Shown here piece by piece: positions 49,393 through 63,074 of a stretch of DNA of 64,000 bases. Each line of letters begins with the position of its first letter. The stretch's first letter is position 1. Made by a program: the position numbers and the translations under genes. The DNA is taken from NCBI GenBank assembly GCA_002269645.1, contig NIVC01000065.1, positions 313,489-377,488 on the forward strand. Direction: 5' to 3'. The stretch comes from Macrostomum lignano. Its lineage: Eukaryota. The notes beneath the pieces are model-generated. The model was not told the DNA's origin. It did not search any database and saw only the letters and a list, made by a program, of their open reading frames with translations.

Positions 49393-49861
49393 TTATGTAG
49401 AAGATAGGGCAGCTATCTCGTCAGTGTGCCGTGCGGATAAGCAGAAAATTATTCGCACGGCATATGTAGAAGATAGGGCAGCTATCTCCTCAGTGTGCCG
49501 TGCGGATAAGCAGAAAATTATTCGCACGGCATATGTAGAAGATAGGGCAGCTATCTCGTCAGTGTGCCGTGCGGATAAGCAGAAAATTATTCGCACGGCA
49601 TATGTAGAAGATAGGGCAGCTATCTCGTCAGTGTGCCGTGCGGATAAGCAGAAAATTATTCGCACGGCATATGTAGAAGATAGGGCAGCTATCTCCTCAG
49701 TGTGCCGTGCGGATAAGCAGAAAATTATTCGCACGGCATATGTAGAAGATAGGGCAGCTATCTCGTCAGTGTGCCGTGCGGATAAGCAGAAAATTATTCG
49801 CACGGTACCGTTGGAATAAGACAGAAATTATTCCTACGGTACCGTGGGGATAAGCACTGCC
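49393..49861 (-). repeat. Right TIR: 6 x 69-bp units plus 55-bp terminal segment, inverted
   Basis: Reverse complement of the left TIR. Confidence 0.97.
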
Positions 49862-50738
49862 AAAATAATTATACATATAGTAAAAGACTAGGCCTATTTT
49901 GTCAAGAATATGTTTATATACTTTCATATAGATATTATCAATAGTAAAGATGCTATTAAACCTTGAATGGCACTTATTGTCATAACAAAAAGATTCTTGA
50001 CATATAGAAACTAAAAGGTAAAAGACTTATAAGTGTTACAGATATTTAGTAATAGTAGGCCTTAAAACTTTTGACAAGCTGAATGACCAGTGTTTTAGTA
50101 TGTTTGGACAGCTAGGCCAAACGTAGCTGCTTAAAACCATATTTTCGTAGAAAAACAGTAGTAGTAGTAAGTTTGGCTCAGGCAAGAAGCCTGTTGCATG
50201 TTTGGCCAATTTATTTCTGTGTATTTAAGATCACTTCAGGAACAGAAGGCAATATTTTAACATTAGGCCCTAGTTATTTAACTACGATTGTACGAGTTTT
50301 GCAATATGGTTATTTGAAAGAACGCGTAAATGTTGTTAACGAAACCTTGGACGACTAACGAAGTGAAAGAAAAAGCAAGGAGTTAAAAAAGAATTGCGTG
50401 AATTGTGAAATATATTTTTTTATGATTTGATTTTCTTGAAAAACTGCGAGTATCACCATTCGTACACGTGATAATAAATTGAAGCATAAAAGTACTAAAT
50501 ATTATTTAGTAACCAGTTAAATAAGTAAATTTTATTTATTTTGTATTTTTTCTTTTTTTAGTACATAAGACTTGTTATAGTAATTTAACACTTTCAAACT
50601 TTGTTTTTATGTGATTTAAGATAATGACTTTTAAGCACGCAGTCTAGGACATTCAATAGGAACATAGTAAGTATTTTTCCTTCGCAAGTTAGGTTCTTTT
50701 ATTAATTAACGTAATATTGCATTTCTGTTGTTCTAATC

Positions 50739-53700
50739 ATGGTAGAAGCAAAAGCGGAAAATATTAAGGTTGTTTGCCGTATTCGTCCACTTTTAAGCAA
50801 TGAATTGGCACTCCAAAGTCAGTTTTGCTTATCACTTGTCAATGAAACATCAATCAGCATTCAGGTATGTCTTTAATTTAAAAAATGAAATATGTTGTAA
50901 CCTTGGGCTATGCGTGTTTTGAGGATACTATGATTTACTTTATCTATAGTGTAAAATTGTGTTATTGTTGGTGTTATATAAAAATACATATTTGGCCCAT
51001 TTGTTTGATTTCAAGTCCTACTTTTGTCCCATAGTCCGGATCATGCTGGGTGCACGCCTGAACAAAAATTGAATAATTACAAATGCACACCGAAAAAAAT
51101 TTAGTGCATGCCCATTCTCAAAAATATGCTGGTGTTGCAACAATAAATGACATTTTTTACGTTGTGACAATAAAAGACCTTTTTTAAATTGCGTAATAGA
51201 CCTTTAATATTGGATAATTTTGTTGCTTTTAAAGCTTTTTTGGCGATACTATTAATAGCAGAAAGTTTATACATGCAAAGATTTGTTTAAATATTTTTTA
51301 TGAGCTGGAAAAACCTGGAAAGCTTGAAATTTGTGCTTGAAAATGAACTTTTTTCATCTTTTTTCTACTTTACAATAACTTTTACTCGTGATTCTATAAA
51401 GTGCATGCCAGGTGTGCACGCATACTATTTTCTCAGGAGTGATGCACGCCAACTGTGCACGCCTAATTTTGGCGTGCAAGGCCAATGCACGCCTGAATTT
51501 TTGGGCATATACTACATGATCCGGAGTGTGGCTTTTGTCAAGCCTCCAACACATAACTAAAATGCTATTTACATATAAATATAGAATAAACTACTCTATT
51601 AAGCCCCCATGGGGGCATTAAAATTCAAAACATTGATAGCATAAAAAACTTTTTTTGAATATTTAACCAACTTCCAAATCCAAATCTATTTTTCATTGTT
51701 TAAAATTTTATATATACTTAGCAACATTGAAAAATTGCTACTTTATACGCCATTGAGCAATTTTATCTTGGACTAGGGCCTATTCTAAAATAAAAGATAC
51801 AAGAAAACTAATTAGATGGCTTTAATCTATTCAATAAAACCCTAGCACATTGTAGGCCCCACTTTATTCCTCAACTTAGGCCTGCCACGGTGTAGCAATT
51901 TGTGTCACTTCCAAAGATAGAAAGACTTTACTTGCACTCTTAAAAGTGGCAACCATAGATAGAATCTTCTATGATGGCAACTTTTCAATATTACTAAGTA
52001 TATAAGCATACTATAACATCAAGCCCCTGATAATAGGCATTCAAATAAAAAATTCAAGCAATGAAAATTTTGTTTTTAAAATATTTGACTCTATAACAAT
52101 TAGTGTAATTTTTTTGACCCATTGACAATTGGTATAAATTTTATATACCAATTTGCCAAATAATTCTAAATTTATTGGGCCCATTTGTTATTATCCCCAT
52201 TTGAAATTACACCACCTAGTGTTGTATTCATAAAACAAGACAATCAAGATCAGAGCAGTTTAGGGGCTTGATAAATTTCAGGCTATCTTTTTAACTCGCT
52301 CTCTCCTATGCACCCATTCTTTTATCAATTGTCTATATTAGACTGGTTGGTAAACAATAATAAAATTTAAACAATCCTACAAATTGTGAGCCTGCTATGT
52401 AAAGCGTCATAAAATGTCTCCTTAACTTTATTGTACATTCTACATGATAAATTGTCCAAGGTTAGACCTAAATGGTTAAACTGAGCAAATAAATTAAGAA
52501 ATAGAGCACCATTGATAGCATAAAAAATCTTTTTCAAATATTTGACACACTTCTCATTGGAATTTTTCATCAAAAAGTTATGCATGATCCTTGAAAAATA
52601 AGTAAGTTTTTAAAATTTGAAAAAAATGGCTAGATGGTTCTCAAAAAAATCAACAATAGATGGGCAGACAGATAGACAAGCAAATGGTGCAACATTTATA
52701 TATAGATTTGCTTTCTGGTGTTAATTTTCTTTATACAAAGCTTGTTTGATAGAAGTGTATTTGCTATAAGTATTCTTCTATTAATATCAAACAAGCTATT
52801 GAAGCCTATAAATTTTAAACTTGTATGATTCCAATCCCTAGAACTTTTTGCTTATATTCTAATATCTGAAGTCATTTAAAAAACTTTTTGATGGTTAAGA
52901 TAAGGATAAACATAAAATGAAATAAATTCATATAACTAAGATTTGAGGCAAGCATTGATCTCATTGATAGAATGAGGCAATGTCTGTTTAAAATGTGTAT
53001 TGGCAAACTCTGTTCTCTGCCTCTGTTTCTCTTTGTATCCTTTGGATCCTTTGAAACTTCTATCTTCTCTTTTGCTTTCTCTTCTCTCTTGTCTTTTCCT
53101 TCTCTATTCTTATCTTTTCTTCCCACTCTTGTCTCCACTTTTCTGTTTCTTCTCTTCTATCTCATTCTGTTCTCTCATTTCTCATTTCTCCTTTTATCTC
53201 TGCTCTCATCTCTATCATCTCTTCTATTCTCTCATCTTTCCTCTCTCTTTTATAAACCATGTTTACAAGCCTTGATTTTGCTAATTGCCATATACTGTTA
53301 AACTGCTGCAGAGTCGCCTATACAGAGGACAATGGTTACTATTTAAAACAAAACAATAATATGCAAAATATACAAAATATTTCTAATATTTGTACAGTTT
53401 AACAAAATGGCAAAGCTTTCAAAATATCCATTTCTAGGAAAAGTCACATATCTACCTAGATAGATAGATGGATACCAACAGACCATTTTTAGTATATGGA
53501 TATACCAAAAAATGAATCCTAATAGAAAAAAGTAATACAATCAGAATAAGACCTCTAGACTTAAAATCTTAGGAATTGCATTAGAAGACAGAACATCTAT
53601 CAAAGGGTAAAAACATCTAGACCAGGAGCTGACAACATTGCCTGAAAACTTTGCCTAAGAACCTGTTCTTCTATTATTCCAATAGAAGAAGTCAGAGAAC

Positions 53701-56700
53701 TCAGAAAAAACAATTGAATTAAATTGAAAAAATAAAATTGTAAATTATGCAAAAAATAATTTTCCTTTAATGAAAATAGCTTGATGAAATAAAGTTTTTA
53801 TGTCAATCTTTTTTATACTTCCTTCCTATAGCATTAAATATTATTAAACCTTTTAGCAAGTCATTGCTTTGCCATAAAGCATTTCTTGTGTTTTAAAATT
53901 GTGCCATGTTTGTTTTTCTTTTCTTTTTCTTCATTTTAGGTAGATACTTTTTGTTTTAATTTGGTAGTAATACCAATATGCATGTTATTAGACAGGGGGG
54001 GGGCATGTTTCAAACATCTAAGTCCATAAAAGTAGAGAGTGAAAGTAAAAAAAGACATGTAGAAAATCTAATAAATTCTGCATTAATAAATTGATGCTAG
54101 CAATGTAAGGAATTAGTCATATAGGTCAAAAAGCATTTTGAAAATTTCAAGTACATTTTTATTGTGAATAATTTTAGTGGTAGGATATGCTTCATGTTAT
54201 CAATTAGTTAGTGTTCATGTTTCAAATATTTCCAAAATGCTTTGAAAGATTAATATATTTATAAAAAATTCAACTGAACATTATTTTGTTTGTGTAAAAC
54301 TCCCTTAGAATTTACCCCTTTTCTTTCTGTAGGGCAAGAACTACACCTTCGATCGCGTATTCGGCCCCCATGACAGCCAGGCTGATGTCTACGATTTTGT
54401 TGCCAAGCCAATTGTTGACGATGTTATGAATGGCTACAATGGGACAATCTTTGCTTATGGCCAAACATCCTCTGGCAAGACCCACTCAATGGAGGGCGAC
54501 CTTGACGACCCTGTCAATCAGGGCATTATACCGCGAATTATTCAAGACATTTTCGGCTACATCTACGGCTTGGACTCGAGATTCGAATTCGAAATTGAAG
54601 TGTCCTACGTGGAGCTGTACATGGAGAAGATCCAGGACTTACTTAATAGCTCCAATACCAACCTGCCTATCCATGAAACTGAGAAGCGAGTGCCCTACAT
54701 CAAGGTGAGCTGCCCTCCCGAATCCCCAGTTGCTGGGCCAGCCTACCAGATCCCCAGTTGCTGGGCCAGCCTCCCAGATCCTCAGTTGCTGAGCCACCAC
54801 CCTTTTATAAAATCAGCAATTCCCTTAGGGCCAGTGTATTATCAAACAACGCCTGTACTACTCACTGTCATTGCTCATTCCAGGGCGTCACAGAGGTACA
54901 AGTGTGGAATCCAGACGAGATTTTCCAAACGATTCAAAAGGGTCGCCAGAACTGCCACGTCACGGCTACAAGTATGTTGTTTCATGTCAGCTAGATACAG
55001 TTTCTTACTTATATTGAGTAATATTAGTAATAATAATATATTATATTAACAACTAATATAAGGCGATTCTGAAGATTTTAAGATTGTGAAAATAAGGGGA
55101 TTGTGAAGAAAACAGGATTGTGAAGATTACGGGATTGTGAAGATTATTGGATTGTGATAAAGATTAGGGGATTGATTGATATGAAGATTAGAAGATTGTG
55201 AAAATTAAGGGTTTGTGAAGATTATTGAATTGTGATGAAGATTAAATGATTGTAAAGATTAAGGGATTGTGAAGAAAATTAAAAGGGATATGTGAAGATT
55301 ATTGGATTTTGATGAAGATTAAGGGGATTGTGAAGACTATTGGATTGTGAAGAAGATTAGGGGATTGTGAAGACTATTGGATTGTGATGAAGATTAAAAG
55401 ATTGTAAAGATTAAGGGATTTGTGAAGATTCTTGGATTGTGATGAAGATTAGGGGATTTTGAAGATTAGGGGATTGTGATGAAGATTAGGGGATTAATAT
55501 GAAGATTAGGGGATTGATAAGAAGATTAGGGGATTGATATAAAGATTAGGTGATTGATATGACGATTAGGGGATTGTGACGATTAGGGGATTGTGAAGAT
55601 AGATTCCGTCTGTAGCCATCTAATTAGTGTTAATTATTGCTCATATTTCAATCCGCTGGCAGACATGAACGCCGTCAGTTCGCGCAGCCATCGCGTATTC
55701 ATGATTAAAATCAAGCGAACCAACACCGAGGACCAGCAGACCCTATTTGGCAAGCTTCACCTAGTTGATCTGGCCGGCTCCGAGAAGGTGTCCAAAACCG
55801 GCGCCGAAGGTGTCACCCTAGACGAAGCCAAGATGATCAACAAGTCGCTATCCACTCTGGGCAATGTGATCAACGCTCTAGTTGAGAATAACGCCTACGT
55901 GCCCTATCGCGACTCCAAGCTCACTCGCATATTGCAAGAGTCTCTTGGCGGCAATGCCAAGACTACTATGCTAATCTGCTGTTCTCCGGCCTCTTATAAT
56001 GCTGCCGAGACTAAATCCACACTAATGTTTGGCGTTCGGGCTAAGACTATTAAGAATTCTGTTGCACAGCAGATTCAACTCACAGCCGAAGAGTGGCAGA
56101 GACGCTACGAGATTGAGAAGGCTAAGAATGAGAAACTGTTGGGCATTGTGGCCTCATTGCGCGCCGAGCTGGTTAGATGGAGGCAGGGCGAACGCGTGGA
56201 AGCTGATGAGCAGGTGAGTCCTTACTCATTTGTCTATTCTTGTTTTTGTCTGCTCTCTCATGTTTATATGTTTTATTGTATTCTCACATCCCCCTGGCTC
56301 TCACCCCACTATCTCTTTTCTCACACCTTTGTCTCTATTCTCACTCCACTATCTCTATTCTTACCTACTGTCTCCATTCTCACCCCTTTGTCTCTATTCT
56401 CACACCTTTGTCTCTATCCTCACTCCACTATCTCTATTGTTACCCACTATCTCTATTCTTACATACTGTCTCTATTCTCGCTCCACTATCTATTCTTACC
56501 TACTGTCTCCACTCTCACCGCTTTGTCTCTATTCTCACTCCACTGTCTCTATTCTCACCCACTGCCTTTATTCTCACCCCATTGTTTCTATTCTCACCTT
56601 TCTCTTCTAACTCCAATGTCTTTATTTATACTTTATTGTCTATTCTCACCATACTGTCTCTCTTCTCACCCACTGCCTTTATTCTCACTCCACTGTCTCT

Positions 56701-59585
56701 GTTTTCACTCTAATGTCTCTTCCCACCTCTAGTGTCTCTATTTTCACACCCACTGTCTATTGGCCGCACTAACTAAATTAATTGAATTCCTCCGCAGGTC
56801 ACAGACGCCGATTTCGAAGCTCCCGACTCAGCTGTTGGAACGCCAGCAGCCGCGGGCGGCTCGAGCGCGGCCCCTATCCTGCAGCCCGCCAGCCTCCCCT
56901 CCCGCACCAGCGCCAGCGACGATCCGAACAAGGTGGAAGAGCTCTACGCCGAGTTGGATCTGAAAGACGAAGAGATTAATAAGCTGCAACAGGCGATTAG
57001 CAAACTGGAGAATCAGCTCAAACAGCAGGACGAGATGAGCAAGAAGTTCAAAGCTGAGAACGACTCAATGTTCAACGATTTGACTCGAATCCAAGGCGAG
57101 AATGAGGCTTCTAAAGCCGAAGTGAAAGAGGTTCTGCAGGCTCTGGAAGAGCTGGCTATGAGCTACGATCAAAAGAATAATGAACTTTCTGAGAAGGTAG
57201 GAATGTACCGTTTTTTATTTTATTATTGTTTCTATAATAAAATAAGCATCCCCCAGATAGCAAGCATTCCCCAGATAGCAAGCATTCCCCAGATAGCAAG
57301 CATCCCCCAGACAGCAAGCATCCCCCAGATAGCAAGCATTCCCCAGATAGCAAGCATCCCCCAGATAGCAAGCATTCCCCAGATAGCAAGCATTCCCCAG
57401 ATAGCAAGCATCCCCCAGACAGCAAGCATCCCCCAGATAGCAAGCATCCCCGGACAACAAGCATCCCCCAGATAGCAAGCATCCCCCAGATAGCAAGCAT
57501 TCCCCAGATAGCAAGCATCCCCCCAGACAGCAAGCATCCCCCAGATAGCAAGCATTCCCCAGATAGCAAGCATCCCCCAGATAGCAAGCATCCCCCCAGA
57601 CAGCAAGCATCCCCCAGATAGCAAGCATCCCCCAGATAGCAAGCATTCCCCAGATAGCAAGCATCCCCCAGATAGCAAGCATCCCCCAGATAGCAAGCAT
57701 CCCCCAGATAGCAAGCATCCCCCAGACAGCAAGCATCCCCCAGATAGCAAGCATCCCCCAGATAGCAAGCATCCTGCAGATAGCAAGCATCCTGCAGATA
57801 ACAAGCATCCCCCAGATAGCAAGCATCCCCCAGATAGCAAGCATCCCCCAGATAGCAAGCATCCTGCAGATAACAAGCATCCCCCAGACAGCAAGCATCC
57901 CCCAGACAGCAAGCATCCTGCAGATAGCAAGCATCCCCCAGACAGCAAGCATCCCCCAGACAGCAAGCATCCTGCAGATAGCAAGCATCCCCCAGATAGC
58001 AATAGCAGATAGCCTATTGAAGCCCTATGAGTGTAGGATTGCGCCATGTAGTTCTATAGTTCTATTTCGACAGGCGCTGAGGCAGTTCTGCCCATCCCAC
58101 TGACTCCTGAGTACATACAAGCGCGCCAATACTGTACCTTGTGAGACAGATTTTGAAAATTTATAGGAAGCTACCTTAAAAGCGTCTTTTATCCCCATTC
58201 GTGTTCACTGTTCAACTCCCAAGCTAATCCGTTTTGTCCTCCCTACAAAAATGATGCCACAACAGGTGCAAGAGAATGAGACTCTGCAGGAGGAGCTGCA
58301 GCGCCAACGCGCCGCCGACAGCGTCAAAGAGGGCCAACTGCAGGAACTGCGCGACACTGTGTCCACTAGCAAGAAGAAGCAGGTAGAGATGATGAACTCC
58401 CTGCTGAAGGAGCTCGCCGAACTGGCCGACTCTCTTGGCATCGTCTCGCCGTCGTTTTGCGGCGCCGACAAAATCGAAGAAGAATTCACCGTGCTCCGGT
58501 TGAACATCTCCAAGATGAAGTCGGAGGCTGTTAGCCTTCGCTCGCATGTCGATCACCTACAGGGCGAGCGGACCAGCGATAGCGGCCGGGTTAAGAAGGC
58601 CGAGGCGGAGCTCGGCGATGCCAAATTGAAGCTGAAAGAGGCGGAGACTCGAGTTGAGACTCTCACGGCTAGGATTGGCGAGATTGAGCAGGAGCGCAAC
58701 CAGCAGGAGGCGCAGCTGGACCGGGTCAATGCCGAACTGTCCGAGCTGCGCACCAAAGACCAAATGCTCGCCCAGATGCTTGAAGAGCGCGGAGTCTCGG
58801 CCGCCAATTCGGAAGAGCTGAAAACTAAGATGGACAAAATGCTGGAGACTATTGTGAAATCGCAGAGCTCCCAGCTAACAGATGAGATTCACAAACTGCG
58901 AGACGATCTGCACGAGCGGCAGCGTAAACTCGAAGAGCTCAAAGAAGAGAATACTCATTTGAATTATTTGAATACGCAAATCTCCGAGAGCAAAGCGGAG
59001 GCTGAGAAGCGAGCCGAAGATTTGACGGCTAGAATCAGTGTGCTCGAGCGCAAGGCGGAGCGGCACGAACAGGCTAGGCAGGACCTGCAGGGCCTTGAGG
59101 ACACTGTGCTCAAAGAGTTGCGCACTCTGCACCAGCTGCGCAAACTGTTTGTCCAAGATCTGCAGCAGCGCATCAAGAAGAGCGGCGATCTAGACGAGAA
59201 AGACGAGGAACCGTCCGGCTCCCTGGCCCAGAAGCAGAAGATTCTATTCTTGGAGAAGAATCTGGACTCGCTAACTAACGTGCACAAGCAGCTAGTTAGG
59301 GACAATGCCGATCTGCGCTGCGAGGTGCCCAAAATGGAGAAACGATTGAAAGCCACAGCTCAGCGCGTCAAGGATTTGGAATCGGCGCTTAAAGAGGCCA
59401 AGGAGAGCGCTATGCGAGATAGGAAGCGCTACCAGGCTGAGGTTGACCGCATCAAGGAGATGGTCATCAAGAACAAGAACGCCAATCCTGGCGGCAGACT
59501 TGGCGGCGGCGGGGCGAAGATTCCCAAGAAAATTATCGGCGGCGGTGGACAGCCGCGTCCTGCTGGGGCCTCTCCTATGGTCTAA
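50739..59585 (+). CDS. Khc: Kinesin-1 heavy chain, about 951 aa; exons 50739-50864, 54333-54704, 54884-54971, 55663-56213, 56798-57196, 58266-59585
   Basis: [17 protein letters not shown] (P-loop), [40 protein letters not shown], tail [10 protein letters not shown]...LRKLFVQDL and [13 protein letters not shown]...[15 protein letters not shown]; all GT-AG junctions in frame; AATAAA at 59716-59721. Confidence 0.95.
51029..51531. mobile_element. MITE in Khc intron 1 with 8-bp TSD and subterminal TGCACGCC repeats
   Basis: Imperfect TIR CCA(T/C)A(G/C)TCCGGATCATG; CTTTTGTC at 51021-51028 and 51532-51539. Confidence 0.75.
55065..55600. repeat. Degenerate about 20-bp repeat (GAAGATTAGGGGATTGTGAT), Khc intron 3
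   Basis: Direct reading. Confidence 0.85.
56250..56760. repeat. Degenerate CT-rich repeat (CTCTATTCTCAC core), Khc intron 4
   Basis: Direct reading. Confidence 0.8.
57243..58010. repeat. 18/19-bp minisatellite (CCCCCAGATAGCAAGCAT), Khc intron 5
   Basis: About 40 units. Confidence 0.95.
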
Positions 59586-60889
59586 TTGTAGGGCCTAGGC
59601 TCTGCTAGCTGAGACTAAGTTAACACACATCACATCTTACATTTTTGATTTATTCATCTGCAAAAGAGCTGTCTTAGTATCTTAGATGTTTTTTCTGTTA
59701 ATGTGTTATGCTGATAATAAATAATATATATTTGGTTGCTACCCACATTCATTTAGCTAGTGTTGGTTGCTACCCGCATTCATTCAGCTAGTGTTGGTTG
59801 CTACTTGCATTCAGGTAGTTCCCAGCACCCAAATAATAGTTTTCTTTAATAGTTTACACATAATATTAATTTATATATGGGCATAACCATCATTTTTAGT
59901 TAGAACACCACGTCCTTTTGTTTGTTAAAAGACAGCCGAAAGAAATGGTCTTACCTATAAATAATATTGTTTGCATTCACCTGCTTATTTATATACGCAG
60001 TAAAGCTTTCTGAGTTTATAAATATTTATAGTACGTATATATCACATTTCTAAGATCATTTTACTAATCAATATATAATATTACTGAAGTGTTTAACTAT
60101 TTTTACTTTGACTTTCCTTTCTATACATCTATAAGGATAGAGCATCTCCCCTGAGATTTTGTGTTTTTTGTCTTTCTAATTTAACTGTTTATCTGTGTCT
60201 ACTTAAATTCTATCATAAACAACTACAGCATACTGTTAGGCTTACTAAACTTTATATATTAGGTTACTGGTTTATGTTAACTATGTAGTAAACATTGGTG
60301 TTTTGTTTTGCCTGCCACAAAATAACGCGAAACACACTTTCTGGCCTAAAGTGATAAAAAATTCGAAACTGGCCTACTTATTCTGTTGTTTGTTAGTAGT
60401 ATGCTGAGAATGCTTTGTAATAGTTCCCTAATAATTCAACTATCTTGTGTTGTTCTGTGGCAATTTTATATAAAAAAGTCTATCGAATCTCTCACTTTAG
60501 TAATATATTAATAAATAACAAGTCATGTTGCTGGCACAATCGCATTACTCATATAGAGCTTCTAGTTAACGTATATTTATAAATCGATAATTATTACTTA
60601 ATTACAGACAACCACACACAACTGCTGTTATGTTTGCTTGCCTAAATATCTATCTTGCTTTTTTATTATTAAAACATACGGCTGTGCGCTTCTGCTCCTA
60701 GTGGCCCGGCTCAAGTTTGGATCGTGAAACATTTTCGGTTATAAAATCTTTCGTGTGTAATTGACCAAGCAACTGTTTCGCTTCTGCTTGAGCCAGGGCG
60801 TCGCCTGCTTGTTCTGCTGCTGTTACCCGACCTATGAGATAATATTAATAATTAATTCTAAGTCCGTCTCATTATAAATTTATTCCAAC

Positions 60890-61327
60890 CACATATACAA
60901 GAATAACTAGATGGACCACTCATCACATTTGCGTGTAAGCTACTTTCAGTTCAGTAGTAAGTTAAACCGAAGCTTTTTAGTGTATTTTTTATTTAAAGCC
61001 AAGGCTCATTTATTGGCTCTTACCCCGCGCTTAAACCGTTCAACCGCGCCTTTCCACTCTACCCCCTCTACCTTGCCCCAATTTTTATTGCATTCCTCGG
61101 AATTCCAGCCTAAAGCTGCAATGTACATTTCAGTGGACTGGCCAATGTACATTATTGCTGAATCAATTAGCAAGTTGTTTACGCCTGCAAGCTTTGGGCT
61201 TCTAAACTTATCAGTCGTTTCAGCTGCCTTTATCTTATAAAATAGCTATAGTATTCTTCTTTGCTACTGAACTGAAAGTAGAAAGCTGTTTTACTAAGTG
61301 GCCCAACTAGTTATTCTAGTATCTGTG
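60890..61327. mobile_element. MITE family A copy 2
   Basis: Collinear similarity to 28876-29302 including TIRs. Confidence 0.78.
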
Positions 61328-62547
61328 ATTTTGACTAAAACTAACGCTTCTTGTGCAATAAGAACCTTGCGTGTCTGTCAGCAGGATTATGAATTCATAC
61401 CTAAAAATCATTGAATAGAAGAATAGATTCAATCTGTGAGTTTTTGCTTTTCTGCGTCTATGTAGTTTGTTCGCTTTTCAACAATTGTTACTATTGTTAC
61501 AGCTTATTGATATTCGAATATTGGAATTTTTTAGTTTGATGTGACTTCTTATCTTCCCCTGATTAGTATGAGCTAGTTAATCTGTTCTCGCTGTGGCCCA
61601 TTTTGCTTATTATGATATCTAATCGCATTGTTGCTCTTCTAATCCGGATATTCTCACAATTATGCTCGCATATATATATCTGGTTTTTAATTCTGTTGTT
61701 TTATGTTTTTATTATTAATTTGTAAGATAATTATAATAATACAAAAGACTTTGTATTGACATTGTTGTTAATCACGTATATTGATTGGATCCCTCCTGAA
61801 TCTGTTTAATTTGAGCACGGCACAATGCATATTAATAGATTTAAAAAATAAAACTCGTGCACTCGCATTGCGCACAACTAACTAAACTTGTGTTTATCCA
61901 GTTTTTTTCTGTTCTACTAAAGGTGTTTGGGCGGCTTCTCTTTTTATTTAAAACATAGTCCCTATTCTTAGTCTGGCTGTCTTTGTTGCGGAAAAAATTG
62001 GCTTTTTTACACCCATCATGCGATCAATGCTGCTATGAGTAGTATGCAGAAGCGAGTCGCTTGTCTAGTTTACCTACTCGATGCTTGGCTATATTACTTT
62101 ATTTCAACTGACTATATTAATATTGTCTACTTCCTTTTTTAGGCATCAGCTGTTTTTTTGCTTTTCTGTGTTGCTGCTTCCCAGATCTCTTCTGTTGTCA
62201 GCGTCATTGGGCAGTGTGTTTAACCTGGGTTTGATTTCATCCAATCAATAATATATAAACTGTTGCACAAAAGTGAACTCAAATCAGCGCAAATAAAACA
62301 TCGAATTTTGTGTTCCGTGATTTTAATTTTCTCTTATAGGATAGATGTTTTACAGTCTCTAGACTAGATAGATCAAGCAAGTCCAAAACAAGTAGACAAC
62401 AAGTCTTAAAAGGAGTTTCAAAGGCAGATAGATACAGGTGGGATGCTTCAGAAGTTTTGCATTTCGACTAGTTAAAGTTCTTTATTAAAATCCTTCAAAG
62501 TAGGCTCCTCGGTTGAATCGTGTGGCCCTGGAACTCAATGTACCAGC

Positions 62548-63074
62548 CAAGGACTACTCAGGTAACATAGATATAGGACGCTACACTCGAAATCTATGGT
62601 TAATGTTTTGAAGGCAATTTTTCCTGTTAATTTGTCTGTCACTTGAAAAAAACGTTTAAAATAATGACAGACCAATTTAACATGAAGAATCGATTAATGC
62701 GTCGTTAGAGCAGCATGTGAGGCACAAAATAGTGTGATTAGGACTTTCTCTAACACTGTTAAGAGACCCAATCACTGTTTTAGTGTTGAAAATCGTGAAA
62801 TTTCCTATCTCCGTAGTGTATTTTTCCGGTGAAACCTGCCTTTAAAACCATTTCTGGACGAAAAGCTTTATGAATATCGATAGAGAAATAAGAAAGGCAC
62901 AACATATCAAAAGATTAACACCTGGATCTGCCTCCTATCAAAAGCAATAACAAATTTTGTTCTGAAAGAAATTAAAACCTCTCATCTCTGTAGTGTATTT
63001 TTCGGCGAAAAGTTGCCTTCAAAACATTTACCATAGATTTCGAGTGTTGCGTCCTTCTACTTAAATTGTCCTTG
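62548..63074. mobile_element. Diverged relative of the CAAGG...CCTTG foldback MITE
   Basis: Termini CAAGGAC and GTCCTTG; body similar to 24500-24731; degenerate flank TGTACCAG(C)/TGTAGCAG(C). Confidence 0.72.

Larger units (their letters stand above)
36317..49861. mobile_element. Mutator-like (MULE) DNA transposon, 13,545 bp, foldback-type TIRs, 9-bp TSD
   Basis: Identical inverted termini GGCAGTGCTTATCCCCACGGTACC...; TSD AAAATAATT at 36308-36316 and 49862-49870; encodes a MULE transposase. Confidence 0.96.
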
